Part shown: positions 17,206-17,720 of the stretch, piece after piece
Position numbering within the stretch: position 1 is the first letter of the stretch
How the letters are laid out: each line of letters begins with the position of its first letter
DNA from: Promethearchaeati archaeon
GTDB taxonomy: Archaea > Asgardarchaeota > Heimdallarchaeia > JABLTI01
Length of the DNA stretch: 17,720 nt
Direction: 5' to 3'
Assembly (NCBI GenBank): GCA_013166835.1
Contig: JABLTI010000052.1
Location: 1 to 17,720 of the forward strand
Notes under the pieces: generated by a model
What the model saw: only the letters and a program-made list of their open reading frames with translations
What the model was told of the DNA's origin: nothing
Database searches by the model: none
Program-made: the position numbers and the translations under genes

Positions 17206-17237
17206 AAAAATAAAAAGATGTGTGTAGATTTCACACC
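17206..17237 (-). terminator. Possible hairpin plus T-tract terminator
   Basis: The minus strand reads GGTGTG-AAATCTACA-CACATC followed by TTTTTATTTTT. Confidence 0.3.
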
Positions 17238-17370
17238 TAAGCCTTCATTTGGGAACCAGATAGTCAATTCTTAATCCAATCAGGTATAAGAGTTTGAATT
17301 CCTGAAAAATTTCTAGAAAAATCCCATCCCTGGTTCTTTTCAAGAATTTCCTACATTCAACTTCATACAT
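17230..17370 (-). pseudogene. Decayed TrmO/TsaA-like (SAM-binding beta-barrel) gene remnant with internal deletion
   Basis: From ATG 17370: MYEVECRKFLKRTRDGIFLEIFQEFK, resembling a TrmO-like N-terminus. Other frames immediately give LIPDWIKN* and WFPNEGLGV, resembling the PEWxxxWPEWxPxEGLG-type C-terminal tail recalled for this family. The core is missing. Confidence 0.4.
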
Positions 17371-17605
17371 TTTTATTGCCTCTTTTAACTAGAAATTTAT
17401 CGAAGAATGACATAATTCCAGACAAAGAACCAAGATATAAACCCAAATAAATAAATGACATTGAGAATGCTATTAATAGACCCATATTTTCTGTTATGTT
17501 TCCATTTTTATTTACTAACATCATAATTATCGTGAATACAACTGTTACTGAAAATGAGCCAACTGCTGCTGCAGACATTTTTATTGTTTCCATTTTATTC
17601 TTCAT
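17363..17605 (-). CDS. Small two-TM hypothetical membrane protein
   Basis: 80-aa ORF with two hydrophobic segments. Its start overlaps the upstream stop as ATGA (17602-17605). Confidence 0.55.
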   Translation of the reverse strand: MKNKMETIKMSAAAVGSFSVTVVFTIIMMLVNKNGNITENMGLLIAFSMSFIYLGLYLGSLSGIMSFFDKFLVKRGNKNV

Positions 17606-17718
17606 GTATCTTTCCGTCCATTTATTTTCTGAAAATTCCTTTCCTCATCTCTTCTCACAAGACCTATTGGCATAATTTTGAGCTCGTTATTTCTTTCTGA
17701 GAAATTTATCCCTTTAAA
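17602..17718 (-). CDS. 3' end of an ORF entering from the right edge
   Basis: One frame stays open from the edge (FKGINFSERNNELKIMPIGLVRRDEERNFQKINGRKDT*) and ends in an ATGA overlap with the next gene. Confidence 0.4.
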   Translation of the reverse strand, partial: FKGINFSERNNELKIMPIGLVRRDEERNFQKINGRKDT

Positions 17719-17720
17719 AA

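Noticed and set aside
17263-17290. TGA read-through (Trp/Sec) in IPDWIKN*
   Set aside because: TGA is used as a normal stop nearby (16684-16686, 17363-17365), and the fragment also needs frameshifts, so gene decay is the simpler explanation.
7509-17362. Integron cassette array or CRISPR array
   Set aside because: Genes alternate in orientation, and no recurring attC (RYYYAAC...GTTRRRY) or regularly spaced repeats were seen. The 8750-8786 stem has the opposite arrangement and is followed by a T-tract, so it fits a terminator.

Overview
AT-rich prokaryotic window, most likely archaeal and possibly Asgard/Heimdallarchaeia-like. That placement is inferred from GGTGA-type ribosome-binding sites, a sequon-rich secreted protein and an F420-type LLM enzyme, and is not proven. 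The left part holds the 5' end of a secreted DOMON/EB_dh-like glycoprotein gene (missed by the ORF track) and a bacterial-type mutS-mutL operon. The remaining ~12 kb is an accessory block of small-molecule handling genes: serine hydrolase, SRPBCC, GrpB, UbiA prenyltransferase, LLM oxidoreductase, DmpA peptidase and a GyrI-like protein. The most unusual elements are: (i) two genes sharing a paralogous ~90-aa integrase core-binding/SAM-like N-terminal module with no catalytic domain, fused to DUF4332 and to a Cys-rich DUF6144/V4R-like domain; (ii) a claudin-like four-TM protein between them; (iii) two paralogous QW-type alpha/alpha-toroid proteins with a shared Cys pattern, one fused to tandem AbrB-like domains; (iv) a degenerate ~55-bp direct repeat flanking the UbiA gene; (v) a decayed TrmO-like relic. 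I saw no rRNA, tRNA, CRISPR array or intact mobile element. All family calls come from motif recognition by eye, not from database searches.
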